Source: Candidatus Multivoradales bacterium (GTDB lineage: Bacteria; Acidobacteriota; Thermoanaerobaculia; Multivoradales; J023). From it: a DNA stretch of 64,000 nt. Position 1 is the stretch's first letter. Each line of letters opens with the position of its first letter. Positions 47,611 through 58,700 of the stretch are shown here, one piece after another. Made by a program: the position numbers and the translations under genes. The stretch spans positions 672,001-736,000 of the forward strand of contig CBDFLE010000006.1 of assembly GCA_965248925.1 (NCBI GenBank), written 5' to 3'. The notes under the pieces were generated by a model. That model ran no database searches and was not told the origin of the DNA. It worked only from the letters and a program-made list of their open reading frames with translations.

Positions 47611-48963
47611 CTAACAACCCCGCGGTCCCGGCAGCAGCGGCCGGGTGAGATCTTCAGGACCGTCCCCGGTGCAGAGCACATCGTCCTCGATGCGGATACC
47701 GCCCATCGGCACCAGGCGGTCGACCAACTGCCAGTCGATCAACCCCGCCGTGGGTCCTTGGCGCAGGGGGTCGAGCAGCATCGGTATGAAGTAGATACCC
47801 GGCTCAACGGTGAGGTAGTGGCCGGGCTCGATCAGCCGCGTGTTGCGCAGGTAGGAATGCGCGGCCGGCGGCGGTACGCTGCCACCGTCGGGTCCAGCTT
47901 GATGGCCCCCGACATCGTGAACTTGCAGCCCCAGCTGGTGGCCAACGCCATGGGGAAAGAAAGCGCTGGTGAGCCCCTGCCCTACCGCTTGCTCCACGTC
48001 GCAACGCAGCACCCCGACCTCGGCCAGCAGGCCGCCGATGCGGCGGTGCGCATCGAGGTGTATCTCCAGGTATGGCTTGCCCGGACTCACCTGCTGCACC
48101 AGTTTCTGCTCGATGGCATCTAGCCCCTCGACCAAGGCGACGAACTCGGGCTCCGCGCCCTCCCGTACCCAAGTGCGGGTGACGTCGGCGGCCCAGCCGT
48201 TGGCGCTGGCGCCAGCGTCGACCAGCAGCACCCGCGCGCCGGTGAACTCGGCGCCGCGTTTGTGCTGATAGTGCAGGATGGCCGATCTGTCGTCGGCGGC
48301 GATGATCGAATCGAAAGGCAGCTCGCTCTCTAGCTGATCACAGCCCTCCAAGTAGGCCCGGTAGATCTCGCGCTCGTTGGACGAGCCTGCTTGGAAACAA
48401 CGCCGCCCGGCGTCGTGCCCGGCGGCCGCTCGCTGGGCGGCCAGGCGGCAAAAAGCCACCTCGTAGTCGGTTTTGTAGGCCCGGTACCAGTCGAGCGGCG
48501 CCATCAACTCGGCCGGCTCGACCCGCTCTTCTGGCACTCCGGCCAACGCCGCTGCGGCCGGCGAATTGCCGAGATAGGCGACATGGCCGAGGTCTCCCAA
48601 AGCCGTCACCGCCGAGTCGTAGGACTCGACCTCTAGCAACTCCACCGCTTCCTCCCAGAAGGACACCGTCGGCGGCGAAGTGTCGTACCAGTAGTCTCGC
48701 GGGCGGACCCGCGCCACCCGCGGTCGGCGTCCGGGGCGGACCAGCAACAAGTGCTCGGGCCCGGCGAGCGGCAGCCAACGTTGGAAGTGCGGCGCCGGAC
48801 GGAAGATCGTCTCGCGATCGTCGGCATGGAAATGCCCCGGTCGGCCAGCGTGTAACAACACGCCCTCTAGCTCACAGCCACTGCTCGCAGCGATTTCTAG
48901 CGCGCGCTGCAGGTACTGATCGAGGGTCGCGAGGTGTTGGCGATAGAGCTGCGTATCGGTCAT
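47611..48963 (-). CDS. pepQ: Xaa-Pro dipeptidase (prolidase)
   Basis: AILHY, DAGA, ADVTRT, FFPHGVGHQLGLQVHDVGG, TVEPG, GGIRIEDD. Confidence 0.93.
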   Translation of the reverse strand: MTDTQLYRQHLATLDQYLQRALEIAASSGCELEGVLLHAGRPGHFHADDRETIFRPAPHFQRWLPLAGPEHLLLVRPGRRPRVARVRPRDYWYDTSPPTVSFWEEAVELLEVESYDSAVTALGDLGHVAYLGNSPAAAALAGVPEERVEPAELMAPLDWYRAYKTDYEVAFCRLAAQRAAAGHDAGRRCFQAGSSNEREIYRAYLEGCDQLESELPFDSIIAADDRSAILHYQHKRGAEFTGARVLLVDAGASANGWAADVTRTWVREGAEPEFVALVEGLDAIEQKLVQQVSPGKPYLEIHLDAHRRIGGLLAEVGVLRCDVEQAVGQGLTSAFFPHGVGHQLGLQVHDVGGHQAGPDGGSVPPPAAHSYLRNTRLIEPGHYLTVEPGIYFIPMLLDPLRQGPTAGLIDWQLVDRLVPMGGIRIEDDVLCTGDGPEDLTRPLLPGPRGC

Positions 48964-48979
48964 CGAGAGCCTCCCCAAT

Positions 48980-49963
48980 TCAGTCTTCGATGCCGTCGAA
49001 GAGGGCGGTGGTCAAGTACCGTTCGGCGAACGAGGGCACGATGGTGACGATCATCTTGCCCTCCATCTCCGGTCGTTGGGCGACCTGCACCGCGGCTTGC
49101 AGCATGGCGCCAGAGGAAATCCCCACCGGCATCCCTTCGAGCGGTGCTACCCGCCGCGCCATGGCAAGAGCAGCGTCGTTGTCGATCTGGATAACTTCAT
49201 CGATCAGATCGGTATCAAGGACCCCGGGCACGAATCCGGCGCCGATACCCTGAATCTTGTGCGGTCCCGGATCGCCTCCCGACAGCACCGGGCTGCCAGC
49301 CGGTTCGACCGCCACCATGCGCAGGCTTGGCTTGCGCGCCTTGAGCACTGAGCCGGTGCCGGTCAAGGTGCCGCCAGTGCCGACACCACAAACCATCACG
49401 TCGACACCACCAGCGGTATCGACCCAGATCTCCTCGGCGGTGGTGTGGCGGTGGATCTCGGGATTGGCCGGGTTGTCGAATTGTTGCGGCATCACCGAAT
49501 TGGGGGTTTCTTTGATCAACTCGGCGGCTTTGGCGATCGCTCCTTTCATGCCCTTGGCGCCGTCGGTGAGGACCACCTTGGCACCGAGCAGACGGAGCAT
49601 CTTGCGGCGCTCGATCGACATCGTATCGGGCATGGTGAGAATCAGCCGATAGCCCTTGGCGGCGGCGGCAAATGCCAGGCCGATGCCGGTATTGCCCGAG
49701 GTAGGCTCGATCAACACGGTCTTCTCAGGGTGCATGTCGTGCTCCTCTTCCAGCTGCTCGATCATCGCCTTGCCAATGCGATCCTTGACTGAGGCCAGCG
49801 GGTTGAAGAACTCCAGCTTGGCCAGCAAATCGCCCCGACACCCCTCTTCCGCGGCCAACCTGCCGAGCCGTACTAGCGGGGTATTGCCGATGGTGTCGAG
49901 AAAAGAGTCGTAGATCTTGCCGCGGCAATCCGCGGTTGTCGAACTTGTTTCTGGGGTAGCCAT
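48980..49963 (-). CDS. cysK: Cysteine synthase A
   Basis: [46 protein letters not shown]. Confidence 0.96.
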   Translation of the reverse strand: MATPETSSTTADCRGKIYDSFLDTIGNTPLVRLGRLAAEEGCRGDLLAKLEFFNPLASVKDRIGKAMIEQLEEEHDMHPEKTVLIEPTSGNTGIGLAFAAAAKGYRLILTMPDTMSIERRKMLRLLGAKVVLTDGAKGMKGAIAKAAELIKETPNSVMPQQFDNPANPEIHRHTTAEEIWVDTAGGVDVMVCGVGTGGTLTGTGSVLKARKPSLRMVAVEPAGSPVLSGGDPGPHKIQGIGAGFVPGVLDTDLIDEVIQIDNDAALAMARRVAPLEGMPVGISSGAMLQAAVQVAQRPEMEGKMIVTIVPSFAERYLTTALFDGIED

Positions 49964-50019
49964 GTCGCCTCTCCTTGAAATTGCGGTCTAACGGGCTAAG
50001 AAATCGCTTGCACTCTAGT

Positions 50020-50649
50020 CTAGCGCTGCACGCTCGGCAGAATTTCCAAACCTCCGAAGAATTGGTCAATCATCTCCTCAACCAGCTGATCCTCGGAAAT
50101 CTCTCCATCCGACCGGAACCACTTGTAGGTCCACAACACGGTTCCGAGCAGCGAGAACGCCGCCACCTTGGGGTTCACCGGTCGGATCTGGTGGCGCTCC
50201 ATGGCTTGGGAGAAGGCCTGCACTAGGAATTGCACATAGCTCTTCTTGCGCCGATTGATTTCCGCCCGGCCGGCCCCGGTGAGCGTATTGTGCTCGTGCA
50301 GAATGATCGTGACTTCTTTGGTTCGCGAATCGGTAACCAGGCGGATATTGCACTCCATCGTGGCCCGCAAGCGTTGCAGGGGATCGGTGATCGAGGCCGT
50401 GCGCAGGGTCACCCGCTCCTCGAACATGTCCATGCCGTAACGCATGATCTCGACCAGCAGGTGCTCTTTGCTACGAATGTGGTGATAGAGCCCCCCTTTG
50501 GTCAGCCCGCAAGCCTTGGAGATGTCGTGGATAGATGCCCCTTCGTAGCTCTTCTCGCAGATCACTCGAGCGGCGATCTCGAGAATCTGTCGATGCCGAT
50601 CAAGGGGCCTCTGGACGACTTTCGAATTCAACATTACAGATGTGCTCAT
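50020..50649 (-). CDS. TetR family regulator (KstR2-like C-terminus)
   Basis: QILEIAA..ASIHDI..GLTKGGLYHHIRSKE; WTYKWFR.DG. Confidence 0.9.
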   Translation of the reverse strand: MSTSVMLNSKVVQRPLDRHRQILEIAARVICEKSYEGASIHDISKACGLTKGGLYHHIRSKEHLLVEIMRYGMDMFEERVTLRTASITDPLQRLRATMECNIRLVTDSRTKEVTIILHEHNTLTGAGRAEINRRKKSYVQFLVQAFSQAMERHQIRPVNPKVAAFSLLGTVLWTYKWFRSDGEISEDQLVEEMIDQFFGGLEILPSVQR

Positions 50650-50936
50650 CAGGTCTCCGGCTTCCACTCCGCGCTCTAGCGATCCGTCCACGGCGGCTCC
50701 CGCCCCAAGCCCCGCCAGAGGCCACTGAACGACTCGGGAAGGACCGTCCAACCTTTTCGATCAGCAGCGCCGCGGCCGCTAGCAAGCACCTGGAAAGGGC
50801 TGTCGGTCAGTATAACCGCATCGCCGCGGGACCTCGTGAAGTCCTCCGCAACCCATGATCTGCTAGAATAGAGAGTCAGTTCCGTTCTCAGTGAAGTTTC
50901 TTGCGCGCCGACGCTAAGGTCGTGCCTGGGAGAGTA

Positions 50937-52748
50937 ATGAGTGGTGAGCATGACCTCGAAGTTGTGGCCCTCCGTCAGCTATTGGCGCAGACCACGCAGG
51001 ACTATGAGGAACAGATCTCTGAGCTGCTGGCCGAAAAGGAGCTAGCTCAGATTACTCTAGCCTCGATCGGTGACGCGGTGGTGACCACCGACGCCGAGGC
51101 TCGGGTGAGCTACCTCAATCCAGTGGCCGAAGAACTCAGCGGCTGGAGCAACCAAGAGGGTACCGGTCGCCAGCTGAGCGAGGTACTGGCCTTTGTCGAC
51201 GAGCGCGACGGCTCGCCGATGGAACTCGACCTCTCCTCCTGCCTGATCGAAGGCCGCAAGCTCTTCTTGACCGACCAGATCAGCCTGCTGCGTCGTGGTG
51301 GCAAACGCTTTGCCATCGAATCCAGTGCTTCGGCGATTCGCGACCGCGACGATGAAATCATCGGCCTAGTGTTGGTATTTCAGGATGTCAGCGAAAAGCG
51401 TTTACTCTCCCTGCAACTAACCCGCGCCGCCAACTACGACGGGCTCACCGGACTGCTCAATCGCGAGGCCTTCGAGCAGCACCTCTACACCGCCTTGCAG
51501 GAAAGTCGCGAAACCGACTGCTGCCAGGCTCTGTGCTACATCGACTTGGATCAGTTCAAAGTGGTCAACGACACCTGCGGCCACCCAGCGGGTGACCAGC
51601 TGCTGCAGTGGATCGCCAGCCTGATTCGCGAGCGAGTGCGCGACTCCGATGTCTTCGCCCGCCTCGGCGGCGACGAGTTCGGTCTGTTGCTGCACAACTG
51701 CCCGGTGGACGCCGCGCGGCGGATCGCCGAGCAGATTCATCAGGCGCTGCGCGAATTCCGCTTCATCTGGGACGGCAACAGCTTCGCCATCGGCCTATCG
51801 GTCGGGTTAGTTCCGGTAGATGCCAGCTTCAAAGATCTCGCCGAACTACTCGGCGCCGCTGACCAGGCTTGCTACATGGCCAAGCAAAAGGGCCGCAGAC
51901 GGACTCAAGTCTATGAGCGCGGCGACCTTGAGATCCGCCGCCATCAGGGGCAGATGAATTGGGTGGTGCGTCTGCAGAGAGCGCTCGACGAGAATCATTT
52001 CCAACTTTATTGGCAACGCATTCTGCCCCTCGCCGACGATCCCAAGAAGTTGTTCTTCGAGGTGTTGCTGCGGCTCGAGGATGCCGAGGGTCGGCTGCAA
52101 ACACCGAGCGAGTTTCTGCCGGCGGCTGAGCGCTACGGCTTGATGCAGACCATCGATCGCTGGGTGGTAGAACACACCATGGAGCTACTAGTCAGCCAGC
52201 CGCCCAACTTTCTGCGCTCTCTAGATTGCTGCGCGATCAATCTCTCCGGTGCTTCCCTCGGCGATGACAGCATGCTGGAGTTCATCGAAGACTGCTTGCA
52301 GCGGACCGGCGTCGCCGCGGAGAAACTCTGCTTCGAGATCACCGAAACGGCCGCGGTGAGCAATCTCGAACGCGCCATCGTGATGATCGAACGACTGACG
52401 GAGCAATCTTGCCGCTGGGCTCTCGACGATTTCGGCAGCGGCATGTCGTCCTACAGTTATCTACGCGAGCTGCCGGTGCATTTTCTGAAAATCGACGGCG
52501 GCATCGTCGGCGACCTGCTGTCCAGCCCGCTAAATCGAGAGATGGTCAAGTCGATCAATCAGATCGGTCATGTCATGGATGTCCGCACCATCGCCGAATC
52601 GGTGACCAGCGAGTCGATTCTCGAAGTGCTACGCGAGATCGGCGTCGACTATGCTCAAGGGTTCGGCATCGAGCGACCACGACCGATTGCGGCCCGCGAG
52701 AAAGCTGAGCAGCCGGTGTCAATCGGCGGTGCTCTTAACGCTCCCTGA
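50937..52748 (+). CDS. PAS-GGDEF-EAL diguanylate cyclase/phosphodiesterase
   Basis: SIGDAVVTTD..YLNPVAE, DGLTGLLNR, RLGGDEF, EVLLR, EITE, DDFGSG. Confidence 0.95.
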   Translation: MSGEHDLEVVALRQLLAQTTQDYEEQISELLAEKELAQITLASIGDAVVTTDAEARVSYLNPVAEELSGWSNQEGTGRQLSEVLAFVDERDGSPMELDLSSCLIEGRKLFLTDQISLLRRGGKRFAIESSASAIRDRDDEIIGLVLVFQDVSEKRLLSLQLTRAANYDGLTGLLNREAFEQHLYTALQESRETDCCQALCYIDLDQFKVVNDTCGHPAGDQLLQWIASLIRERVRDSDVFARLGGDEFGLLLHNCPVDAARRIAEQIHQALREFRFIWDGNSFAIGLSVGLVPVDASFKDLAELLGAADQACYMAKQKGRRRTQVYERGDLEIRRHQGQMNWVVRLQRALDENHFQLYWQRILPLADDPKKLFFEVLLRLEDAEGRLQTPSEFLPAAERYGLMQTIDRWVVEHTMELLVSQPPNFLRSLDCCAINLSGASLGDDSMLEFIEDCLQRTGVAAEKLCFEITETAAVSNLERAIVMIERLTEQSCRWALDDFGSGMSSYSYLRELPVHFLKIDGGIVGDLLSSPLNREMVKSINQIGHVMDVRTIAESVTSESILEVLREIGVDYAQGFGIERPRPIAAREKAEQPVSIGGALNAP

Positions 52749-53296
52749 CTGCCGCCGGATCTCCTTCCGTGGCCTGCTGTTGCAACGTCAGGTCCCGCCG
52801 TAGCAATTCGGCCTGCTCCTCGAAGCGTTCTGCGGCGCCATAGAGATACGCCAACTGCAATCGCGCTACGTGCGGCCATGGGTGCCCTGCCCATAAGCCC
52901 CCTCCCACACCACCAGCCCCCTCGACCAACTCCATAGCGACGAAAGGCTGACCATGGTCCGTCTCACCCCTTTCGAAAAGCACCGCGACATTGGGATGGG
53001 CGAGTCGCGCCAGGGCCCGGCACTCACCGAGGAAGCGTAGCTGGCGCAGCTCGTCCCGCAGGTTGTCGAGCACCTTGATCGCTACCCGTCGATAGAGCGG
53101 TTCGTGTTGCTCACCGAGATAGACCCGACCCATCAAGCCGTCGCCGAGCAACTTCACGCCCTGGAAGCGGCCGAGATGCGCGGGCAGTTCCGTCGGCGCA
53201 TTCACGGTCGAGCAACTGCTGGCGGGCGGCACCTTCGCACCCCAAGGCCTCGGTCAACAGCTCGACCAGACGCCGCTGACCAGCAGTGTCATTCAC
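52735..53296 (-). pseudogene. Internally deleted Ser/Thr kinase pseudogene
   Basis: N-terminus (53296 frame) shifts frame to the kinase N-lobe G.GLMGRVY..VAIK..LAHPNV..MELVEG, then jumps to TPR-like text with no HRD/DFG. Confidence 0.8.
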
Positions 53297-54740
53297 CGTC
53301 GGTACCGCTTGAGTTGGCCGAGAGTAGATCCTGCACCGGCAGCTGCTGCCGGCAGGTCGCTAGTTCCTCCTCGAGCAAAGCCTTGGCCTGAGTGGCACGG
53401 TGGGCGGTGAGCGCCACTCCCATGACCCCACCGAGCAACGATAGGGCGATCAAGATAGCCCCGACCACGGCGACTCGATGACGCCTGGCAAATCGGCTGG
53501 CCAAGTAGAGGGTCGAAGGGGGCCGAGCACCGACCGGCCGATGCTCCATGTAGCGTCGCAGATCCGTGGCCAAGCCAGCGGGCGAGCTGTAGCGCTGCTC
53601 ACGATCCTTGGCCATGGCCTTGCGCACGATGGCATCGAGATCACCTCGCAGAGCTCGCCTTAGACCCCGCGCCGAGGACCAGCGATTCTTTGCCAGACGG
53701 CGTTGTCGATCAGCATCCAAGCCATCCCAGCGTGAACTCAGCGAAGGTCTCGGCTGCTCACCGACACGCTTGAGGAAGAGTTGCATCGACTCGTCCTGGC
53801 GGCTCTCAATCGGTCGCACGCCGACTAGCAACTCGAATAGGAGCACCCCGAGCGAATAGACATCTGCCCGAGTGTCGAGATCGCTGGGACCAAAACCAAC
53901 GGCTTCTGGGCTCATGTAAGCCGGCGAGCCGATCACAAAATGGTCCAGGGTGAGATGGGCGCTGGTGAGCAAGTTTCCATCGAGGGCACTGGCTATACCG
54001 AAGTCGATCAACTTGGCCATCGACCGATTGTCGACCTCGGTCACCAACACGTTGGCCGGCTTGATATCGCGATGTAAGAGGCCCTTCTCATGGGCGTGCC
54101 GCACTCCCGCGCAGACCCCGCAGAAGAGTTCGATCCGACGGCTGAAACCCAACTCGCGCTGGTCGCACCATGCGGTGATCGGCGCGCCTTCTACCGGCTC
54201 CATGGCAACAAAAGGATGACCGTCCTCGGTAGTGCCCACCTCGTACAGGGCCGCCACATTGGGATGGCTAAGCCTCGCCAGCGCCTGACACTCGGCGGCG
54301 AAGCGCTCGTGTTGCCGGCCACGGTCGTGAATCGAGTCGATAACTTTGAGCGCCGCGCGCCGACGTACCGGCTGGGTCTGCTCGCCGAGATAGACCGCCC
54401 CCATGCCGCCCTTGCCGAGTCGTTCGATAATCCGGTACCGACCCAACCACTCGGGCACCGGCAGCGGTACGGACTGCCGCGATTCAGTGCGCGACGGCGG
54501 ACTGGCTGGCGGCTGCCACGAATCGCCCAAGTCCAAGGCGTCTGGTAACGCGGCCCCGCTGGGACGCAGAAAATCATCGTCCAGCACCGCAGCCTCGCTG
54601 AGCAACGCTTCGAGCTCGCTGAGCAGCTGGCTGTCTCTAGCGCAGTGGAGAGTGAGAAACTGCTGTAACTCGGCGCCGCTAAGGTCGAGGGCCTCGGGCA
54701 ACAGCTCGACGACCCGCTGTCGCCGCTCTGCATCCTTCAC
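53289..54740 (-). CDS. Membrane Ser/Thr protein kinase with a very short extracytoplasmic tail
   Basis: GKGGMGAVY, AALK, HRDIKPAN, DFG, YMSPE; TM then about 35 aa; GTGA overlap with the ECF stop. Confidence 0.88.
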   Translation of the reverse strand: MKDAERRQRVVELLPEALDLSGAELQQFLTLHCARDSQLLSELEALLSEAAVLDDDFLRPSGAALPDALDLGDSWQPPASPPSRTESRQSVPLPVPEWLGRYRIIERLGKGGMGAVYLGEQTQPVRRRAALKVIDSIHDRGRQHERFAAECQALARLSHPNVAALYEVGTTEDGHPFVAMEPVEGAPITAWCDQRELGFSRRIELFCGVCAGVRHAHEKGLLHRDIKPANVLVTEVDNRSMAKLIDFGIASALDGNLLTSAHLTLDHFVIGSPAYMSPEAVGFGPSDLDTRADVYSLGVLLFELLVGVRPIESRQDESMQLFLKRVGEQPRPSLSSRWDGLDADRQRRLAKNRWSSARGLRRALRGDLDAIVRKAMAKDREQRYSSPAGLATDLRRYMEHRPVGARPPSTLYLASRFARRHRVAVVGAILIALSLLGGVMGVALTAHRATQAKALLEEELATCRQQLPVQDLLSANSSGTDGE

Positions 54741-55300
54741 CCTTTCATCTCGGTCTTCAACCACACGCGCGCCGCCCGCCAAGTTCTGGTGACCGTCGGC
54801 CGCGACACCTCTAGCACCGCGGCCACTTCCGCTTCGGTAAGGCCGGCGAAGAAACGCAGCTCGACAACCTGCGCCATCCGCGCATTGATCTCGCCCAACT
54901 GGGTCAAGGCTTGATCCAAGGCCAGCACATCGAGCCCCTCGGCGGTCGCCGGCTCTGGAGCGTTGTCCAGCGGCACCAAGGCTTCAGCGGGAATCCGCTT
55001 ACCGGCCCGCTTGCGCCGCGCATGCTCGACCAGAATGCGGCGCATGGCGATCGCCGCGGTGGAAAAGAAGTGACGGCGATCGTTGTAGCGCGGCTGCTCA
55101 CCACTGAACAGCCGCAGGTAAGCCTCGTGAATCAGCTCGGTGGCGGCGAGTGAATTCTTGGCACCGTCCTGCTTGAGAAAGAACCCAGCGTGGCGGCGCA
55201 GCTCGTCGTAAACGAACGGCAGAATCTCCTCAACCGCGTCTTGGCTGTATGCGGCACCGCGGAGGATCCGGGTAATTGTCTGACCACCTTCTATGGGCAT
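54737..55300 (-). CDS. ECF sigma factor, kinase-associated type
   Basis: ITRIL, VYDELRR, SLAATELIHEAYLRL, MRRILVEHAR, LRFFAGL, WRAARVWL. Confidence 0.92.
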   Translation of the reverse strand: MPIEGGQTITRILRGAAYSQDAVEEILPFVYDELRRHAGFFLKQDGAKNSLAATELIHEAYLRLFSGEQPRYNDRRHFFSTAAIAMRRILVEHARRKRAGKRIPAEALVPLDNAPEPATAEGLDVLALDQALTQLGEINARMAQVVELRFFAGLTEAEVAAVLEVSRPTVTRTWRAARVWLKTEMKG

Positions 55301-55349
55301 CCCCTGGCAGCTTAGCAGGCACGACTCTAGTTCCAAGCCTGCCCAGAGA

Positions 55350-55574
55350 CTAACTGTCGAGGATCGACGTGCGCCGCCCCTTGCTCGCGGACTTATCGAG
55401 CCCGAAGCACCCTCCGGTCGAGTTGGCACCAAAGACGGATTCGCTAGATGCACTCTGAGTGTGGTCGCGGAGCCAACGGACATCGACCAGCTGCTCGTCG
55501 AAAGCTGGACCTTCGATGTCCCAATCCACGATTGAGAACCCACCCACCACCGAGGCTGAAGTGCTGCTGTTCAT
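55350..55574 (-). CDS. Possible small protein (74 aa)
   Basis: GAGGTG SD upstream of the ATG; no recognisable family. Confidence 0.35.
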   Translation of the reverse strand: MNSSTSASVVGGFSIVDWDIEGPAFDEQLVDVRWLRDHTQSASSESVFGANSTGGCFGLDKSASKGRRTSILDS

Positions 55575-55711
55575 CGGTCACCTCTTGAGACGAAATGTCC
55601 TCTCACTTCCCCAATGCGCGAGAAGCTGGCCAGGTGAATCGACGCTGAATACGGCTCGGGCCGCCGAGCAGGTGCCGGCGGCCCGCTAGAAAAACCTGGA
55701 GGGCGGTAGAA

Positions 55712-58700
55712 CTAGCCAGCTGAGATCCGCCGCAGCGCTCCCCAACCCAGGCCCAGAGCGAGCAGCAGCAGTCCCCAACCCCCGAGGGTCGGAATCTCCA
55801 GCACTAGGCCGCGCACCTCGACCACCGCCACCGCCACGTCGCCAGGACCGCCCACCACCGTAACTCCGCCCACCGAGGCTTCGAGCGGGCTGGTCTGATT
55901 GGTGACCGTGCCGTCAGTAGCATCGCCCGGTACGGTGAAATCGACGGTGAAGACACAGCTGCCGAGAGGCGCCAAGCTGCCGCCGGTCAGAGTCAGCACC
56001 GAGGTACCCGCGACTAACGAGCCCACCCCACAGACATCGCTCTGCGGTAGACCGAAGGTCTGCATTCCGGCCAGCACCGCATCGAGATCATCGCTGAACG
56101 TCAAGTCAGTGGCGGCGTTCGCCGGATCCGGGTTGCTGAGGGTGAAAATCAGCGTCGAGATGCTGCCGGCAGTGACCGACGCATCCTGGAATGCCTTGCT
56201 GAAGCCAAAGAACTCGATCACCAGGTCGGCCGCCGCGCCGCTGACGCTGAGCGCCCCGCCACCCGCGGTGCCGGTGAGCTGACTGGTGACGCTCGGGTAG
56301 GTCCCGGCGATGGCTGTTGGCGGTACCTGCAAAATGGCGGAGAAGGTACACGAACCGCTCGCCGGCAGCATGCCGCCGCTCAGAGTCAGTAGCGAAGTGC
56401 CACCGAAGGTCGATCCGACGCCGCAAGGGTCGGTGCCGGCAAGGCCCACCGCTACCAAGCCAGGTATCACCGCGTCAAGATCGTCGGTGAACGCCAGGCC
56501 CATCACCGCCGTATCCGGCGACGGATTGGTGATCGTGTACGCCAACTCCACCATGCCCCCTGGCAGCACCGGGCTGAGCACGAACTGCTTGCTGAAGCCC
56601 AGCTCTCCAACCACCGTCAACGTGGCGCTGGCGCTGCCGGCGTTGCCCGCATCCGAGGTCAGATCGCCGGTGGTGTTGAGGTAAACCCCCTGGGTGTCGC
56701 TGCTCACCTCGACCGTCACCGTGCAGGTCGCCATCGCCGCCACCGAGCCACCGTTGTAGGTGATCGTCGCGGCGCCGTCGGCGGCGGTCAGGGTGCCGCC
56801 CACACAGCTGGTCGCGGCGCTCGACGGCGTCGCCACCACCATGCCAGCCGGCAGGTTGTCGGTGAAGTCCAGGGCCGTAGCGGCCGTTGTTGAAGCACTG
56901 TTATCGATCGTCAGAGTGAGGGTCGAAACACCGCCGACCAGGATCGGATCCGGCGCGAAGCTCTTGCTGAATCCTGGCTGCGGGTCGACCGTCAGCGCGG
57001 CGCTGGCGGTGCCGCTGTTGCCCGCACTCGACATCAAGTCGCCGGTGGTGTTGACCAACATGCCGAGAGCCGAAGTCACCACGTCGACCTGCACCTGGCA
57101 GGTAATTCCCGCCGCCACCGAGCCACCGTTGTAGCTCACCACCGCTGTGCCGGCAATCGCCGTCAAGGCGCCGCCGGTGCAAGTGGTCGAGGCGGTGGGC
57201 ACCACCGCCACCAGCATCCCTGCCGGCAGGCTGTCGGTGAAGTCCAGGCTCGATGCGCTGAGTGCGCTGGCGGAGTTGTCGATCGTCAAGGTCAGAGTTG
57301 ACTGCTGACCCAGGCCCACCGCCAGCGGAGCGAAGCCCTTGGCGAAGACCGGCGGCGGCTCGATCGTGAGGTCCGCGGTCGCCGGCTCGGCCACTTCCAG
57401 GCCGTCGCGGAAGAGGTCACTAGTGGTGTTGGGGAAAGTGCCGGCGCTCGCACTCGCTGGCACCAGCACCTCCACATCGAATGAACACATGCCACCCAGA
57501 GGCGGCAGCTCACCACCGGTGAAGCTGAGGAACGACACCCCGGTGAGCGAAGACCCCAGACCACAAGGCAGGGCCGGCAGACTGATCGCAATCAGCCCCG
57601 ATATCACCGCATCAAGATCGTCCGAAAACGCGATGCCGGTGACCATGTCGGCACCCGGGTTAGTGATGGTGAAGGTCAGGATCGCCGTACCGGTCGCGGT
57701 GGTGGGGCCATCGAAAGATTTGCTAAAAGTCAGCAGCTGGATGATTTCCAGAGCGTCGCTGGCCGCATCGCCAACCACCGAGAAACCGCCGAGGGTGCCG
57801 GTCACACCACTAGTGGTGTTGGTGTAAATGCCGGCGGCACTGCCTCCGGGAACCGTCAGAGAAACCCGCAGAGTACAGGTCCCACCCGCAGAGAGACCCG
57901 CGCCGGTCACCGTGATCATGTCGGACCCGGTGCCGGATACCGTGCCGCCACAAGTATCGAGCAGCACGCTGTCGAAAGTCAGACCGCTCAAGGTAGCGCC
58001 CAGGTCGTCGGTGAAATCAATGCTCGAAGCCGCTTGGCTGGCATCGGCATTGGTCAGGGTGAATTCCAGAGTGACGCTATCGCCCGGAGCCACCGGATCG
58101 TCGGTAAACGCCTTGGTGAACAGCAGTAAGTTAGAGTTGATGGTCAGATTATCGGTCGCGGGATCGATGGTGACCGCGCCGCCTTGAGTGGCCGTAAGGC
58201 TGCTGGTGACGTTGGAGTAGTCCCCATCCGCAGCCCCGGCCGGAACCAGAACATCGAACTCGATGGTGCAGGTCGATCCGATCGTCAGACTGCCACCCAC
58301 ATAGCTCAGAGAGCCGGTGCCTAGAAGTCCTGGAGTTCCGCCACAGGTGTCCGCTGACGGCGGCAAGCTGGTGGTGAGATCCGGGATGCCTGGCAGAACG
58401 GCATCCAAGGAGTCGGTGAAAAAGATGGCAGTGGCATCGTCGGTCGGGCTGATGTTCCCGAGGGTGAAGCGTAGGGTCACCATCTCGCCAGCGATCACCG
58501 GATCGCCAAGGAACTCTTTGGTGAAGGTCAGGCCGGCGACCTTGAGATCGTCGCTAGCCGGCGCCGAAGTCGCCACCAGGCCCTCTACCGTAGCGGCGAC
58601 GCCACTGGTGGTGTTGGCGTGGCTGCCAGGAGCCGCCCCGATCGGTACATCGAGGGTAACGCTGAAGGTGCAGCTGCCACCCGGCACCAAGGTGCCACCC

